From Bdellovibrionales bacterium (GTDB taxonomy: Bacteria; Bdellovibrionota; JAFGOL01), in the NCBI GenBank assembly GCA_022707945.1, contig JAKIZQ010000001.1:3120-39094 (forward strand): a stretch of DNA of 35,975 nt, read 5' to 3'. The notes beneath the pieces were generated by a model, which ran no database searches, was not told the origin of the DNA, and worked only from the letters and a program-made list of their open reading frames with translations. This document shows, piece by piece, positions 8,658-17,597 of the stretch. The stretch's first letter is position 1, and each line of letters begins with the position of its first letter. The position numbers and the translations under genes are program-made.

Positions 8658-9317
8658 ATGAAATTTGATGCTATAGTTTTTGATCTTGATGGAACACTTA
8701 TAGATAGTTCTAAAGGTATCCTTGATTCTTTATTTAAGGCTATGGATGTCCACGGAATAAAACCTGCTATAACAAAACTTGATTCACATTTTTTTATGGG
8801 CAAAAGTTTGCCAGAGACGCTAGACGTACTGATGCCCGGAGCAACAAAAGAAATGATCAAGAAAGTCGGGGATTATTATGTAAGTCATTACTACGATAAT
8901 TATATGGATAAAGCAGAGACCTTTGAAGGTGTTAAGGAAACCATAAGATCTTTGTATGAAAGAGGATACAAGATGGCTGTTGCTACAGCTAAACATACTT
9001 TTTGTGCAGAAGCAGAGCTTAAGTCTTCTGGTATTAGAGGGTATTTTCTAGAAGTAAGAGGCAGAGATGAAGGTGTGCCAGCAAAGCCAGACCCAAAATT
9101 ACTTTTTGAAATATGTGAAAAGCTTAATGTGGACCCAAAAAAAATATTAATGGTTGGAGATACAGATAGAGACGTTCTTTTTGGCAAGAATGCAGGAACA
9201 AGTACTTGCGCTGTTACTTATGGCAATTGGTCTAAAGAAAAATTTATTAGAGAGAATATAATACCGGATGTGTTCGTAGATAGGTTTAATGGAATATTGG
9301 ACCTCTTGGAAAACTAA
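8658..9317 (+). CDS. HAD-superfamily hydrolase (phosphoglycolate-phosphatase-like, subfamily IA)
   Basis: Motif I is FDAIVFDLDGTLIDS. VATAK (motif II region) and MVGDTDRDVLFGKNAG (motif IV) are also present. Confidence 0.8.
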   Translation: MKFDAIVFDLDGTLIDSSKGILDSLFKAMDVHGIKPAITKLDSHFFMGKSLPETLDVLMPGATKEMIKKVGDYYVSHYYDNYMDKAETFEGVKETIRSLYERGYKMAVATAKHTFCAEAELKSSGIRGYFLEVRGRDEGVPAKPDPKLLFEICEKLNVDPKKILMVGDTDRDVLFGKNAGTSTCAVTYGNWSKEKFIRENIIPDVFVDRFNGILDLLEN

Positions 9318-9964
9318 AAGGATCCTTTATTTATCATTTTTATTATTGCTGTTATGTCAGAGGGCATGTATGCATAATAATCCGCTCCAGTTTGCATTAA
9401 TGCTTTAGCTGAGTTACCACCCCATGTTACAGCTATTATAGGTATGCCAATTATTTTGCATGAATCTATATCTCGTATCTCGTCTCCTACATAAATTACA
9501 TCTTCTTTTTCGTATTTTTCTGTTCTTAATAATTTTTTTAGATGTACCCATTTCCCGAACGCAGAACAGTTCGTGTACATAAAACTAAAATAGTGTCCTA
9601 TTCCATTGTTTTCCAGAACTTGTAGGGCATTTTTTGTGCTATTAGAGGTTAGTATGCCAAGCTTACATTCCTTGGAAAGCTCCTCTAACATTTCTTTTAT
9701 ACCGGGGAATATCTTAATATCACCTGTTTTTTGACTTATTATTCTTCTTATCTCTCTGGCCCAAAATAAAAGTCTTATCTTTCCAAGGTTAAGATGTGAA
9801 AGAAGGAATTCTTTAAAGGACATGTCCCTTATTACAGGAGAATCTTCTATTGGTTTATACTTGTATTTTGGTGCTAGCTCGTTTGCTACGGCTAAACCAA
9901 TGTGAAAGGAATCTGCCAATGTTCCATCAAGGTCAAAAATTACAGCTTTAATTTTTTTATCCAT
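9314..9964 (-). CDS. HAD-superfamily hydrolase (phosphoglycolate-phosphatase-like, subfamily IA)
   Basis: Motif I is KAVIFDLDGTLADS. ILTSNS and YVGDEIRDIDSCKIIGIPIIAVTWG are also present. It is a paralogue-like partner of the facing gene. Confidence 0.8.
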   Translation of the reverse strand: MDKKIKAVIFDLDGTLADSFHIGLAVANELAPKYKYKPIEDSPVIRDMSFKEFLLSHLNLGKIRLLFWAREIRRIISQKTGDIKIFPGIKEMLEELSKECKLGILTSNSTKNALQVLENNGIGHYFSFMYTNCSAFGKWVHLKKLLRTEKYEKEDVIYVGDEIRDIDSCKIIGIPIIAVTWGGNSAKALMQTGADYYAYMPSDITAIIKMINKGSF

Positions 9965-10035
9965 TATTCTTTTTGCCTAATTTCAATTTTGTATATATAA
10001 AAAAGTAACTATTGTAAATCGGTTTTGGGGGAAAC

Positions 10036-11574
10036 ATGCAGAACATAGCTTGGCGAGATTTTTCCTTTTCCGGTAACTATATTAATGGAAGATTTGTTAT
10101 TCCAGAACATCCTAACTCTTATTTAGAAAAGAGGGACCCCGGTAATACTAAAGACCTTATTGTTAGTTTGCCTGTTTATTTTCCACATGCAGAAGAAGCG
10201 GTTCAGAGCGCTAAAGATGTTTTTGAAAAATGGTCCTCTTTAGATGGAAAGACCAGGTTAGAGATGCTAGGAAGGCTCAAAAACTCCTTGGAGATGCTTT
10301 CTCCTTGGTTGGTAGAACTAACCTCAAGAGAACTTGGGCGTCCTATTTGGGATTCAAAGCAGGAAGTAGAGCTTGCGCTTAATGATATAAATGAGCTTTT
10401 TAGGCAATTTGGCTCTTATACTCCTTTTGATGGTTCGGTTCTTGATGACTCTAAAGAAGTTATCCAACTATATAAACCAAACGGAGTGGTAGCGGTAATA
10501 GCGCCGTTCAATCAACCTGTATTATATCCAATACGTTCCATAGTAAGTTCTTTGTTGATAGGCAACACCGTCGTATATAAACCTTCTGAATACACTCCAT
10601 TGGTGGGACAAGTTATAGCAGAAGCTGTACATCATGCAGAATTGCCCAGTGGTGTTTTTAACATGGTACTAGGGGAAAAAGAGATATCTAAGAGGATAAT
10701 AAAGCACCACGGTGTATATACGGTGTTCTTTAATGGTACCTTTGAAACAGCCACCAAGATATCGCAATACATATCAGATGATTATTGGAAGATACTTGTT
10801 ATGGGAACAGGAGGAAAGAACGCATCTGTTATACTTTCTGACGCTGATATAGATAATGCTGTTAACGAATTGGTTTTTGGGGCTTTTGTTAGTGCAGGAC
10901 AAAGAAGTAACGGTATACGCAGGATATTCGTCCATAATAACCTTGCAGATCAATTTATTGATAAGTTCCACAGAAAATCAAAAAAATTAAGAGTGGGACA
11001 TCCTTTAGATGAATATAGGGACAAAAGACCTTTCATGGGACCTTTGATATCAGAGAACGCAATGCAAAATTATTTAAGGTTACAAGGTATATCACAGCGT
11101 GAAGGATCAGAAATACTTATGAGAGGAAAAGAAATAGAGATTGATACTGGATATAAGGGATATTACGTTACACCATCTATACATCTTACTGATGAAATAG
11201 ACGAGAAAGGAATATACAATACTAGTGAGATCTTTGGACCAAATGTATCAATAAAAAGATTTAGTGAGATAGAAGAAGCGATAGCTTCTCATAATACTTG
11301 TGAATATGGTTATGGCCTAAGTGTATTTGGTCATGATAACGGTTGTATTAAGGAGCTAGTTAGGAACTGTAACGTTGGACAGGTGTTCTTAAATTCAATT
11401 ACACTCGGTGAATCTGTCCATTATCCTATAGCTGGATATGGTAAATCTGGTAATTCTAGACCAGAGGGTTCATATAATTCTCTTTATCTAAGAAGACCAG
11501 TGACTGTATATAGAAAAGACTCTGTTTCAAAGTCGATACAGAATCTTGGTCTTGACGATATAAAGGAGTTCTAA
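10036..11574 (+). CDS. aldehyde dehydrogenase superfamily protein (AstD-like) lacking both catalytic residues; probable pseudoenzyme
   Basis: 512 aa with a clear ALDH scaffold: YINGRFV, GVVAVIAPFNQP, VVYKPSEYTP, GVFNMVLG, FNGTFETATKI, SEIFGPNVSI and GYGKSGNSRPEG. However, LELGGKN reads MGTGGKN (codons at 10801-10821, Glu->Gly), and GQ.C.A reads GQRSNG (10897-10914, Cys->Ser at 10906-10908). Confidence 0.85.
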   Translation: MQNIAWRDFSFSGNYINGRFVIPEHPNSYLEKRDPGNTKDLIVSLPVYFPHAEEAVQSAKDVFEKWSSLDGKTRLEMLGRLKNSLEMLSPWLVELTSRELGRPIWDSKQEVELALNDINELFRQFGSYTPFDGSVLDDSKEVIQLYKPNGVVAVIAPFNQPVLYPIRSIVSSLLIGNTVVYKPSEYTPLVGQVIAEAVHHAELPSGVFNMVLGEKEISKRIIKHHGVYTVFFNGTFETATKISQYISDDYWKILVMGTGGKNASVILSDADIDNAVNELVFGAFVSAGQRSNGIRRIFVHNNLADQFIDKFHRKSKKLRVGHPLDEYRDKRPFMGPLISENAMQNYLRLQGISQREGSEILMRGKEIEIDTGYKGYYVTPSIHLTDEIDEKGIYNTSEIFGPNVSIKRFSEIEEAIASHNTCEYGYGLSVFGHDNGCIKELVRNCNVGQVFLNSITLGESVHYPIAGYGKSGNSRPEGSYNSLYLRRPVTVYRKDSVSKSIQNLGLDDIKEF

Positions 11575-12647
11575 TGTTCTGGCACAAACATAAAACTTTT
11601 ATTATGTTCATCTCTATTTTGGCCGTTCTTATCTCCTTGTATTATGTGTCCTCATTTATGGTTTTTGTCTATACTCCAGCGACATCGTTCAAAGGTGCAC
11701 ATGTGGTTGATATTCCCCACGGTGCTTCTTTTAGGAAGATAACTGATATTCTTAAGCAGAATAGATTGGTTAAAGATAAAAAAAGGTTTTTGATACTTGC
11801 TAGGCTAACAGGAGCGGATAAGAGGATACAGTCAGGAGAGCTGCAATTTGATCTTTCTATGACCCCAATGCAAGTGTTGGATAAGTTAATGTATGGCGTG
11901 CCTGTGGCCTATGCTTTTATTGTCCCTGAAGGAACCAACATATATCAGATAGGCGAAATACTTAAGAACATGGGAATGATAAAAGACCCATCAGAATTTG
12001 TGAGTGCCGCAAAGAATAGAAAACTTATAGAAGAACTGGGTGTAAAAGCAAAGAGTATGGAAGGATATTTGTTTCCAGATACTTACAATATAAGAAAGAC
12101 TAAAGACGTTAAGGACATAATAAGGATGATGCATAAAAAATATAAAAACGTCTTTAACGACGACCTTTTAAGGCGGGCTTATAAAATGGGCCTTAGTGAA
12201 CATGAAACGGTGACTCTTGCTTCTATAATAGAGAAAGAAACTGGCGCTCCAGAAGAAAGGAAATTAATTTCTTCTGTTTTTCATAATAGACTTAAAAAAG
12301 GTATGCCACTACAGAGTGATCCCACTACTATCTATGGTCTTTGGGAGAATTATGATGGGAATCTTACAAAAGATAAACTACAACAGTATACTCCTTACAA
12401 CACTTATAAGATACATGGCTTGCCTGTTGGTCCAATAGCTAATCCGGGCAAAGAATCCATTGTTGCCGCTCTCTATCCAGATGATACAGACTATTTATTT
12501 TTTGTATCAAAGAATGACGGGACACATACTTTTACTATTGAATATAAAGATCATTTAAAAGCAGTTGGTAAATATCAGCTTGATGCAAAACAACGTCAGG
12601 GTAAAAGCTGGCGTGATCTTAAAAATCCTAAGAAGCAAGGTCTTTAA
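11574..12647 (+). CDS. mltG: endolytic peptidoglycan transglycosylase MltG (YceG family)
   Basis: It has an N-terminal TM helix. LASIIEKETGAPEERKLISSVFHNRLKKGMPLQSDPTTIYG and YNTYKIHGLPVGPIANPG are YceG/MltG signature motifs. The ATG overlaps the ALDH stop (TAATG), with AAGGAG 5 nt upstream. Confidence 0.9.
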   Translation: MFWHKHKTFIMFISILAVLISLYYVSSFMVFVYTPATSFKGAHVVDIPHGASFRKITDILKQNRLVKDKKRFLILARLTGADKRIQSGELQFDLSMTPMQVLDKLMYGVPVAYAFIVPEGTNIYQIGEILKNMGMIKDPSEFVSAAKNRKLIEELGVKAKSMEGYLFPDTYNIRKTKDVKDIIRMMHKKYKNVFNDDLLRRAYKMGLSEHETVTLASIIEKETGAPEERKLISSVFHNRLKKGMPLQSDPTTIYGLWENYDGNLTKDKLQQYTPYNTYKIHGLPVGPIANPGKESIVAALYPDDTDYLFFVSKNDGTHTFTIEYKDHLKAVGKYQLDAKQRQGKSWRDLKNPKKQGL

Positions 12648-14124
12648 GCATTCTTGATGCTTTTTGATGGTATACATCGCTAGCTGGGACCAAACTTATT
12701 ATCGCCCTAAGATTTGATTCCATAGATGCTGTGTCTTTGTATGACTTTTCAACCAAAGCCTTAGCATATAGTAGCTTAGCTTGGTCATGTTTCTTTTTAA
12801 AGATAGCATTTAAGGATGCCTTTGCTTGTGTTTGATAAGGGAACACTGCCAATACTCTTTGATATATTTTAATAGCTTCTTCTTCTGCATCAGCTTTTGC
12901 TAATAGAGAAGCTTCTTTTATCATATGAGCGAATAAACTATTGGTTATAGATATAACCTTATTCTTTGTTCTAAAAGCTTTTAAGAAAGAAGTTCTTCCG
13001 CTTTGTCCTTGTCCCATGGCTATTATTTTGTTAGCAAGTTCAAACGCTGTTGTATAGTCCTGTGCTTTAAATGATTTGCTCATTTCATTAGCGTATATTT
13101 CTGCCTGAGGGATAGTTTTTGATTCTATACTCTCTATTACTGGTTGATGTTTCTTGGTGATTTCACTTTGTGCCAATAGTATTCCGTCATAAGCGCTGTT
13201 GTTGTATTCATCTATTTCTAGTATCTTTGAATATATATTTATAGCGTTCTCATATTCTTCACGACCTAAAGCCTGACTACCTTGTTCAAGAAGTTTTGAT
13301 ATTAACTCTCTTTTTTCTGATTCTTTCTCTAATTTTTCAAGTTTTTCATCTGCTAATGAGTTGTTACCTAAAGCTTCTTCGCATGTTGCTATAAAAGCAG
13401 GAGCTATAACTGAATTTGGGACCATTGCAAAATAAGCTTCCATTGATTTTTTTGCCAAAGCAAAGTTTCTAGCCTTAAAGTGATATTCAGCAAGTTTAAA
13501 CATATTTAGTGCTCTAACACGATCTTCTTCGCCTAATTTTGTACTAGTTAGTTCTTGTTCTGCTGTTAATATTTCTTGTATCTTTGCTTTCTGGATAGAA
13601 GGAATAACTTTTGCTTCTTTTTCTGGCCCTGTTAACAAGAGTGTTAGTGCAAATGCTAAAAGGCTAACAGCAGAAGCTGTTACGATATTTTTTCTAGTCC
13701 ATTTTGGGAGTTTAGGAACATATTTTTTCTCGAAAGAACTGTTGTCTATGGTTAGAGGACGTAAGGAAACCTTGTTCATGTTCAGGTCTTCTCTTGTTAG
13801 GACAAAACTAAAAGAACTTGTTCCAGCAACGATCTTGTCATTTCCTGTAAGGATAGCTTTTTTGACTTTTTTGCCGTTAACAATCAATCCGTTAGAACTA
13901 TTAAGGTCTTTTATCTCAAATTTACCGTCGGTCCTTACCAACATAAAATGGTTTCTTGAAAGTTTGTCATCGTCTACACATATGTCACACTGTTTTGATC
14001 TTCCAACTATAACGCAATCGGTACTTATATTTTTCTGTATTTTTTTGCCGTTCTCCACGAATTCGATTACCGGTAGTAATGGTCTTCTTGAGATGAAAGT
14101 TGAATCAATAATCTTATTATTCAT
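12628..14124 (-). CDS. FHA-domain membrane protein with long TPR-like/helical C-terminal region
   Basis: The N-terminal FHA domain reads VIVGRSKQCDICVDDDKLSRNHFMLVRTDGKFEIKDLNSSNGLIVNGKKV. One TM helix (IVTASAVSLLAFALTLLLTG) is followed by about 330 aa of repetitive helical A/Y/K-rich TPR-like sequence. Confidence 0.75.
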   Translation of the reverse strand: MNNKIIDSTFISRRPLLPVIEFVENGKKIQKNISTDCVIVGRSKQCDICVDDDKLSRNHFMLVRTDGKFEIKDLNSSNGLIVNGKKVKKAILTGNDKIVAGTSSFSFVLTREDLNMNKVSLRPLTIDNSSFEKKYVPKLPKWTRKNIVTASAVSLLAFALTLLLTGPEKEAKVIPSIQKAKIQEILTAEQELTSTKLGEEDRVRALNMFKLAEYHFKARNFALAKKSMEAYFAMVPNSVIAPAFIATCEEALGNNSLADEKLEKLEKESEKRELISKLLEQGSQALGREEYENAINIYSKILEIDEYNNSAYDGILLAQSEITKKHQPVIESIESKTIPQAEIYANEMSKSFKAQDYTTAFELANKIIAMGQGQSGRTSFLKAFRTKNKVISITNSLFAHMIKEASLLAKADAEEEAIKIYQRVLAVFPYQTQAKASLNAIFKKKHDQAKLLYAKALVEKSYKDTASMESNLRAIISLVPASDVYHQKASRMLKDLAS

Positions 14125-14270
14125 TGCCTCTTTCCCCCTCTTACACTATAATATACTGCAAGGACGATGCCAAAAAGCTTGTTTGTGGCCTAATTGCTTA
14201 GAATAATTAGTTTTATCTTCGCTTTTGAGCCTAAATAACAGGGTTTGGTAACTGACATAAAATTAGACAC

Positions 14271-14297
14271 CATGATGTATAAAACATATACATCATG
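14271..14297. promoter_or_regulatory. perfect 11-bp inverted repeat (CATGATGTATA-N5-TATACATCATG) immediately upstream of the beta-barrel gene
   Basis: Read directly: 14271-14281 is the exact reverse complement of 14287-14297. It ends 16 nt before the ATG at 14314 and abuts the SD-like GGGTGA. Confidence 0.4.
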
Positions 14298-14313
14298 ATT
14301 GGGTGAAAAACTG

Positions 14314-15159
14314 ATGTTTTTATTAATATGTTCTTTATTATCAAGTATTTTGACCGCTCAAAATTATGAGGTAACGCCATATGGAGCAAAGGTGGCTTCT
14401 TTGGCAGAAGGTGGTAGAGCCTTTATCAATGGCTATGACTCTATCATGATAAACCCAGCTGGTACTGCCATGATAGAAGACCCTCAGTTTGGCTTTGCCT
14501 TTGATGCTGCTAATTACGTGTCTATGTCTATTGGCTATGTTGATGACAGTGGCTTTCATATTATGCAAGTGTTTAAGGACATTGATAGTGCCTTTTCAGT
14601 AGCAGGGGCACAAACTTATGCTGGATTTAGTTATGCACTGTCTAAGTATTGGTTGGTTGGGGCTAACTTTGGTTACAATTATTATCAAGATGACAATGGT
14701 TGGGATGTTAATTTTGGCCTAGATTTTGGTCCGGGTCTGAAAAATGCTACAAGGACTGGGTTTATAGGGGCTGTAACTGTTAGAAATCCTTTTGAGAATG
14801 GTGGACAGGGAGAAGTTTCTGGAACACTAGGATATTCATATAAGTCGGCATTCAGCATTACAATAGACAATATATATGTTTTCCAAGACGACATAATAAT
14901 TGGAACAACCGTTGTGGATAGAAAAAGATACGATATCGTAATGGCTTTAGAGAGCTATCCTCTGGAGTCAGATGATTATTGCATGAGCTTTGCTGGTAGA
15001 ATAGAGGATGTGAGTGGAGATAATAATCTAAAATTTGGAATCGGTTTTGGTTATGTAGGAGATACTTTTAGGGCTGATCTTGGTCTATTCGCTACCAAGT
15101 TTGAGAAATCTAAAATTGAGAAAATGACCTTTGCTATATCGCTGATATTTGGAGTATAA
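14314..15159 (+). CDS. putative outer-membrane beta-barrel protein (uncharacterised)
   Basis: From the ATG at 14314 the signal peptide is MFLLICSLLSSILTAQ; the track's TTG at 14299 is less likely. It has an NPAG motif (IMINPAGTAMIED) and Gly/aromatic-rich alternating strands, with a hydrophobic C-terminal strand. Confidence 0.45.
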   Translation: MFLLICSLLSSILTAQNYEVTPYGAKVASLAEGGRAFINGYDSIMINPAGTAMIEDPQFGFAFDAANYVSMSIGYVDDSGFHIMQVFKDIDSAFSVAGAQTYAGFSYALSKYWLVGANFGYNYYQDDNGWDVNFGLDFGPGLKNATRTGFIGAVTVRNPFENGGQGEVSGTLGYSYKSAFSITIDNIYVFQDDIIIGTTVVDRKRYDIVMALESYPLESDDYCMSFAGRIEDVSGDNNLKFGIGFGYVGDTFRADLGLFATKFEKSKIEKMTFAISLIFGV

Positions 15160-15161
15160 GC

Positions 15162-16388
15162 TTGTTCTTTAGGATATTTTCGTTCTTGATTGTTTTTAGC
15201 TCATCTACATTGTGGTCAGGGACCAAAGATGTTCTTTTGGATAATGGTCTACGAATAATATATTCAGATAGTTCTTCTAAGTACCCAGGTGTTGTTATGA
15301 GTATATTCGTTAAAGGAGGTTTTTCTCTTTCTTATGATAAAAAATCATCATTTGCCAATATTGCCACAGATTATACCTCATCGAGGATAAAAAGGCTTTC
15401 TAGGTCCTATGGTTTTAGATATAGAACGTCCATATCAGTTGATTATACTTCTTATCAACTTTATCTTTCTAGAGCGTCTTTGGACCAAGTACTTCCTAGA
15501 GTGTTTGCAATATTTATGGACCCTGAACCAATAAAAGATCAGGAGCTTAATTATCTTAAACAAGGTTCTACACAAAGGGCTCTATCAAACATCAATAGAA
15601 GATCTATAAAATACCCTCTGATAAGTTATTTTGCGTCAAGGTACAGCATCTATAATGCTGGTAGAGATGGTTTCATAGAGGACATCTCAAGTATATCAGA
15701 AAGAGAATTTAACGATTTTATCAAATGTTATTTTAGTGCGAACAATATAATTATTTCTTTTACTGGAGTTAAGGAGAAGGACTTACCCATCGAGGATGCA
15801 ACATCATATAGGCCATGTTTTAAGAACGAACATTTTCATGTTAGTACCATTGACAAGATCGGTGATAATTCTGTTACAGATTTTTCTTATTACCCTTCTA
15901 AAAAATATGGTTTTATTGCTAGAATGGGTTTTTTGAGTTCATCTTGCAAGGACAACAGTATACTTTATGACGTAGTTGCAGAAATAATATCGAGAGACGA
16001 CAGAATAAGATCAATTACAGAATCACTTGATGTTCAGAACAACTGTTATGACAAAACAGGTACTCTTGACCTTGTTTTTTCTGGAGATAAAACAAATATT
16101 TCTTCAGGATATCTTATACAAGAGATCTTTGGTTTATCAAAAAGATTGGAAGAGCAGGAGTTTGACTTAGCAAAAAAACAGATACTTGAGGATTATTATA
16201 GAAAGATTAATGAAAAGGATTCTTTCTCGTACCTCTTAGCCAAAACACAACTCTTATGTGGAGATCATAAAAAACTTATAGATTATCCAAAAGAACTTGA
16301 AAAAATAAAACTAAAGGACATAAAAAGGGTTCTGGCAAAACTTTCTTCGTCTCAGTATGTCTACCTTTTTATGAAAATGGGCAAATGA
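15162..16388 (+). CDS. M16 (pitrilysin)-like protein without the HxxEH zinc motif (probably non-catalytic)
   Basis: TTG start with GGAG 7 nt upstream and a signal peptide. LLDNGLRIIYSD...VVMSIFVKGGFS and FNDFIKCYFSANNIIISFTGV fit the M16 N-domain pattern. The position of G.aHflEH reads SSFANIATDY, and no HxxEH occurs anywhere. Confidence 0.45.
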   Translation: MFFRIFSFLIVFSSSTLWSGTKDVLLDNGLRIIYSDSSSKYPGVVMSIFVKGGFSLSYDKKSSFANIATDYTSSRIKRLSRSYGFRYRTSISVDYTSYQLYLSRASLDQVLPRVFAIFMDPEPIKDQELNYLKQGSTQRALSNINRRSIKYPLISYFASRYSIYNAGRDGFIEDISSISEREFNDFIKCYFSANNIIISFTGVKEKDLPIEDATSYRPCFKNEHFHVSTIDKIGDNSVTDFSYYPSKKYGFIARMGFLSSSCKDNSILYDVVAEIISRDDRIRSITESLDVQNNCYDKTGTLDLVFSGDKTNISSGYLIQEIFGLSKRLEEQEFDLAKKQILEDYYRKINEKDSFSYLLAKTQLLCGDHKKLIDYPKELEKIKLKDIKRVLAKLSSSQYVYLFMKMGK

Positions 16389-17239
16389 ATAGAGCCTTAT
16401 GCTGTCTGTTAATATCGTTCTGTTTGAGTAGTTGCAATCGTTCTACATACAATAAGGGTAGCGTAGTGCATCCAAAGAAAGATAAAAATGGTTATAGTGT
16501 TTCTTATGTTAAGACTAAAAGTAGTGGTAATTTTACTAATTTATTCAGAGTGTCTGCTGATGATGTTCCTGTTTGGTGTGATCTAAGTGGGCGGTCCTCA
16601 AGATATTTAGAAGCTGCCAACCTCGTGTTACAATCTAAAGACCTTAAGCCTGTCTATGTTGCCTGTTATTCTGGTAAGACACCAGAGATCTATGATAACC
16701 ATAATGTTGATCGTGCTCTAAAGATAGGTAAAAAAACATTGTATTTGTATGATCCGTTAGATGAACTTTTATTTGTTGCTGTTAGTATAAAAAGTAATTG
16801 TATCCAAGATATGCCTGTTTATTATTTTTCTTTATATTATGAACTTTGTACTGGGAATGGTGTGGAATGTTGCATGAATGGTAACGGAAAGTCTTTTAAC
16901 ATATATGCTGTTATAAAAGATGACCCTAGCTTAGATATTAAAACAAGGCTCAAAAGTTTTTTTGAATATATTTCTAAACCATCTCTGTCGAATATGGCAC
17001 AAGATGCGTCTTACGATATTTTTACCTCTTACATAGAGGATGTTTGTTCATTCAATCGATGGTATCACGGTGCTGTTCATATGGGCATAACAGATCCAGA
17101 AACATTTTTAGATAAGGATGTTTGGACCGAACATTTTAATTCATTAAAGACTTGTGAAATAAAGATCCAAAACAGTTTGTTGCTGTTTGTTGGGCCTAAA
17201 GAGCCCAAAGCAGAACTTATCGATTCTCTAGTTCCTTGA
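16385..17239 (+). CDS. hypothetical lipoprotein, Cys-rich
   Basis: The lipobox is LLISFCLSSC. It shares an ATGA overlap with the preceding M16-like gene. I recognised no family. Confidence 0.45.
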   Translation: MNRALCCLLISFCLSSCNRSTYNKGSVVHPKKDKNGYSVSYVKTKSSGNFTNLFRVSADDVPVWCDLSGRSSRYLEAANLVLQSKDLKPVYVACYSGKTPEIYDNHNVDRALKIGKKTLYLYDPLDELLFVAVSIKSNCIQDMPVYYFSLYYELCTGNGVECCMNGNGKSFNIYAVIKDDPSLDIKTRLKSFFEYISKPSLSNMAQDASYDIFTSYIEDVCSFNRWYHGAVHMGITDPETFLDKDVWTEHFNSLKTCEIKIQNSLLLFVGPKEPKAELIDSLVP

Positions 17240-17597
17240 ATTTTGGATGGAATCTTGCCATTATGAGCTTACCATTTATTTTTGCGCCATCACTTACATC
17301 TATTTTGGGTGCTTTTAATCTTCCATTTATTTGAGCCGTATCACCAACACATATTATATCGCTTGCAGTTACGTCTCCTTCTAAAGAACCGTTTATTACT
17401 ACGGTCTTACCGTCTATATCTGCGTTTATTTTTGCTTGTTCTCCTATTATTAGTGTTCCAGAAGATCTTATTGTTCCGTTTATAGAACCCTCTATCCTTG
17501 TATATCTACCAAATTGAAAATCTCCCTTAAAACTTGATGAAACACTTATTACGTCCATCTCTTTATCAAGATCAAGTGTTTTGATGTCTATATTCAT
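17217..17597 (-). CDS. bactofilin family cytoskeletal protein
   Basis: The bactofilin (DUF583) beta-helix repeats read IEGSINGTIRSSGTLIIGEQAKINADIDGKTVVINGSLEGDVTASDIICVGDTAQINGRLKAPKIDVSDGAKINGKL. The likely start is ATG at 17597 (MNIDIK...), which forms an ATGA overlap with the upstream small gene. The track extension to 17654 is probably spurious. Confidence 0.85.
   Translation of the reverse strand: MNIDIKTLDLDKEMDVISVSSSFKGDFQFGRYTRIEGSINGTIRSSGTLIIGEQAKINADIDGKTVVINGSLEGDVTASDIICVGDTAQINGRLKAPKIDVSDGAKINGKLIMARFHPKFKELENR

Noticed and set aside
11580-11596. TGGCAC motif as a sigma54 -24 element
   Set aside because: No TTGC -12 element occurs at the required spacing, and the motif lies inside the first codons of mltG.
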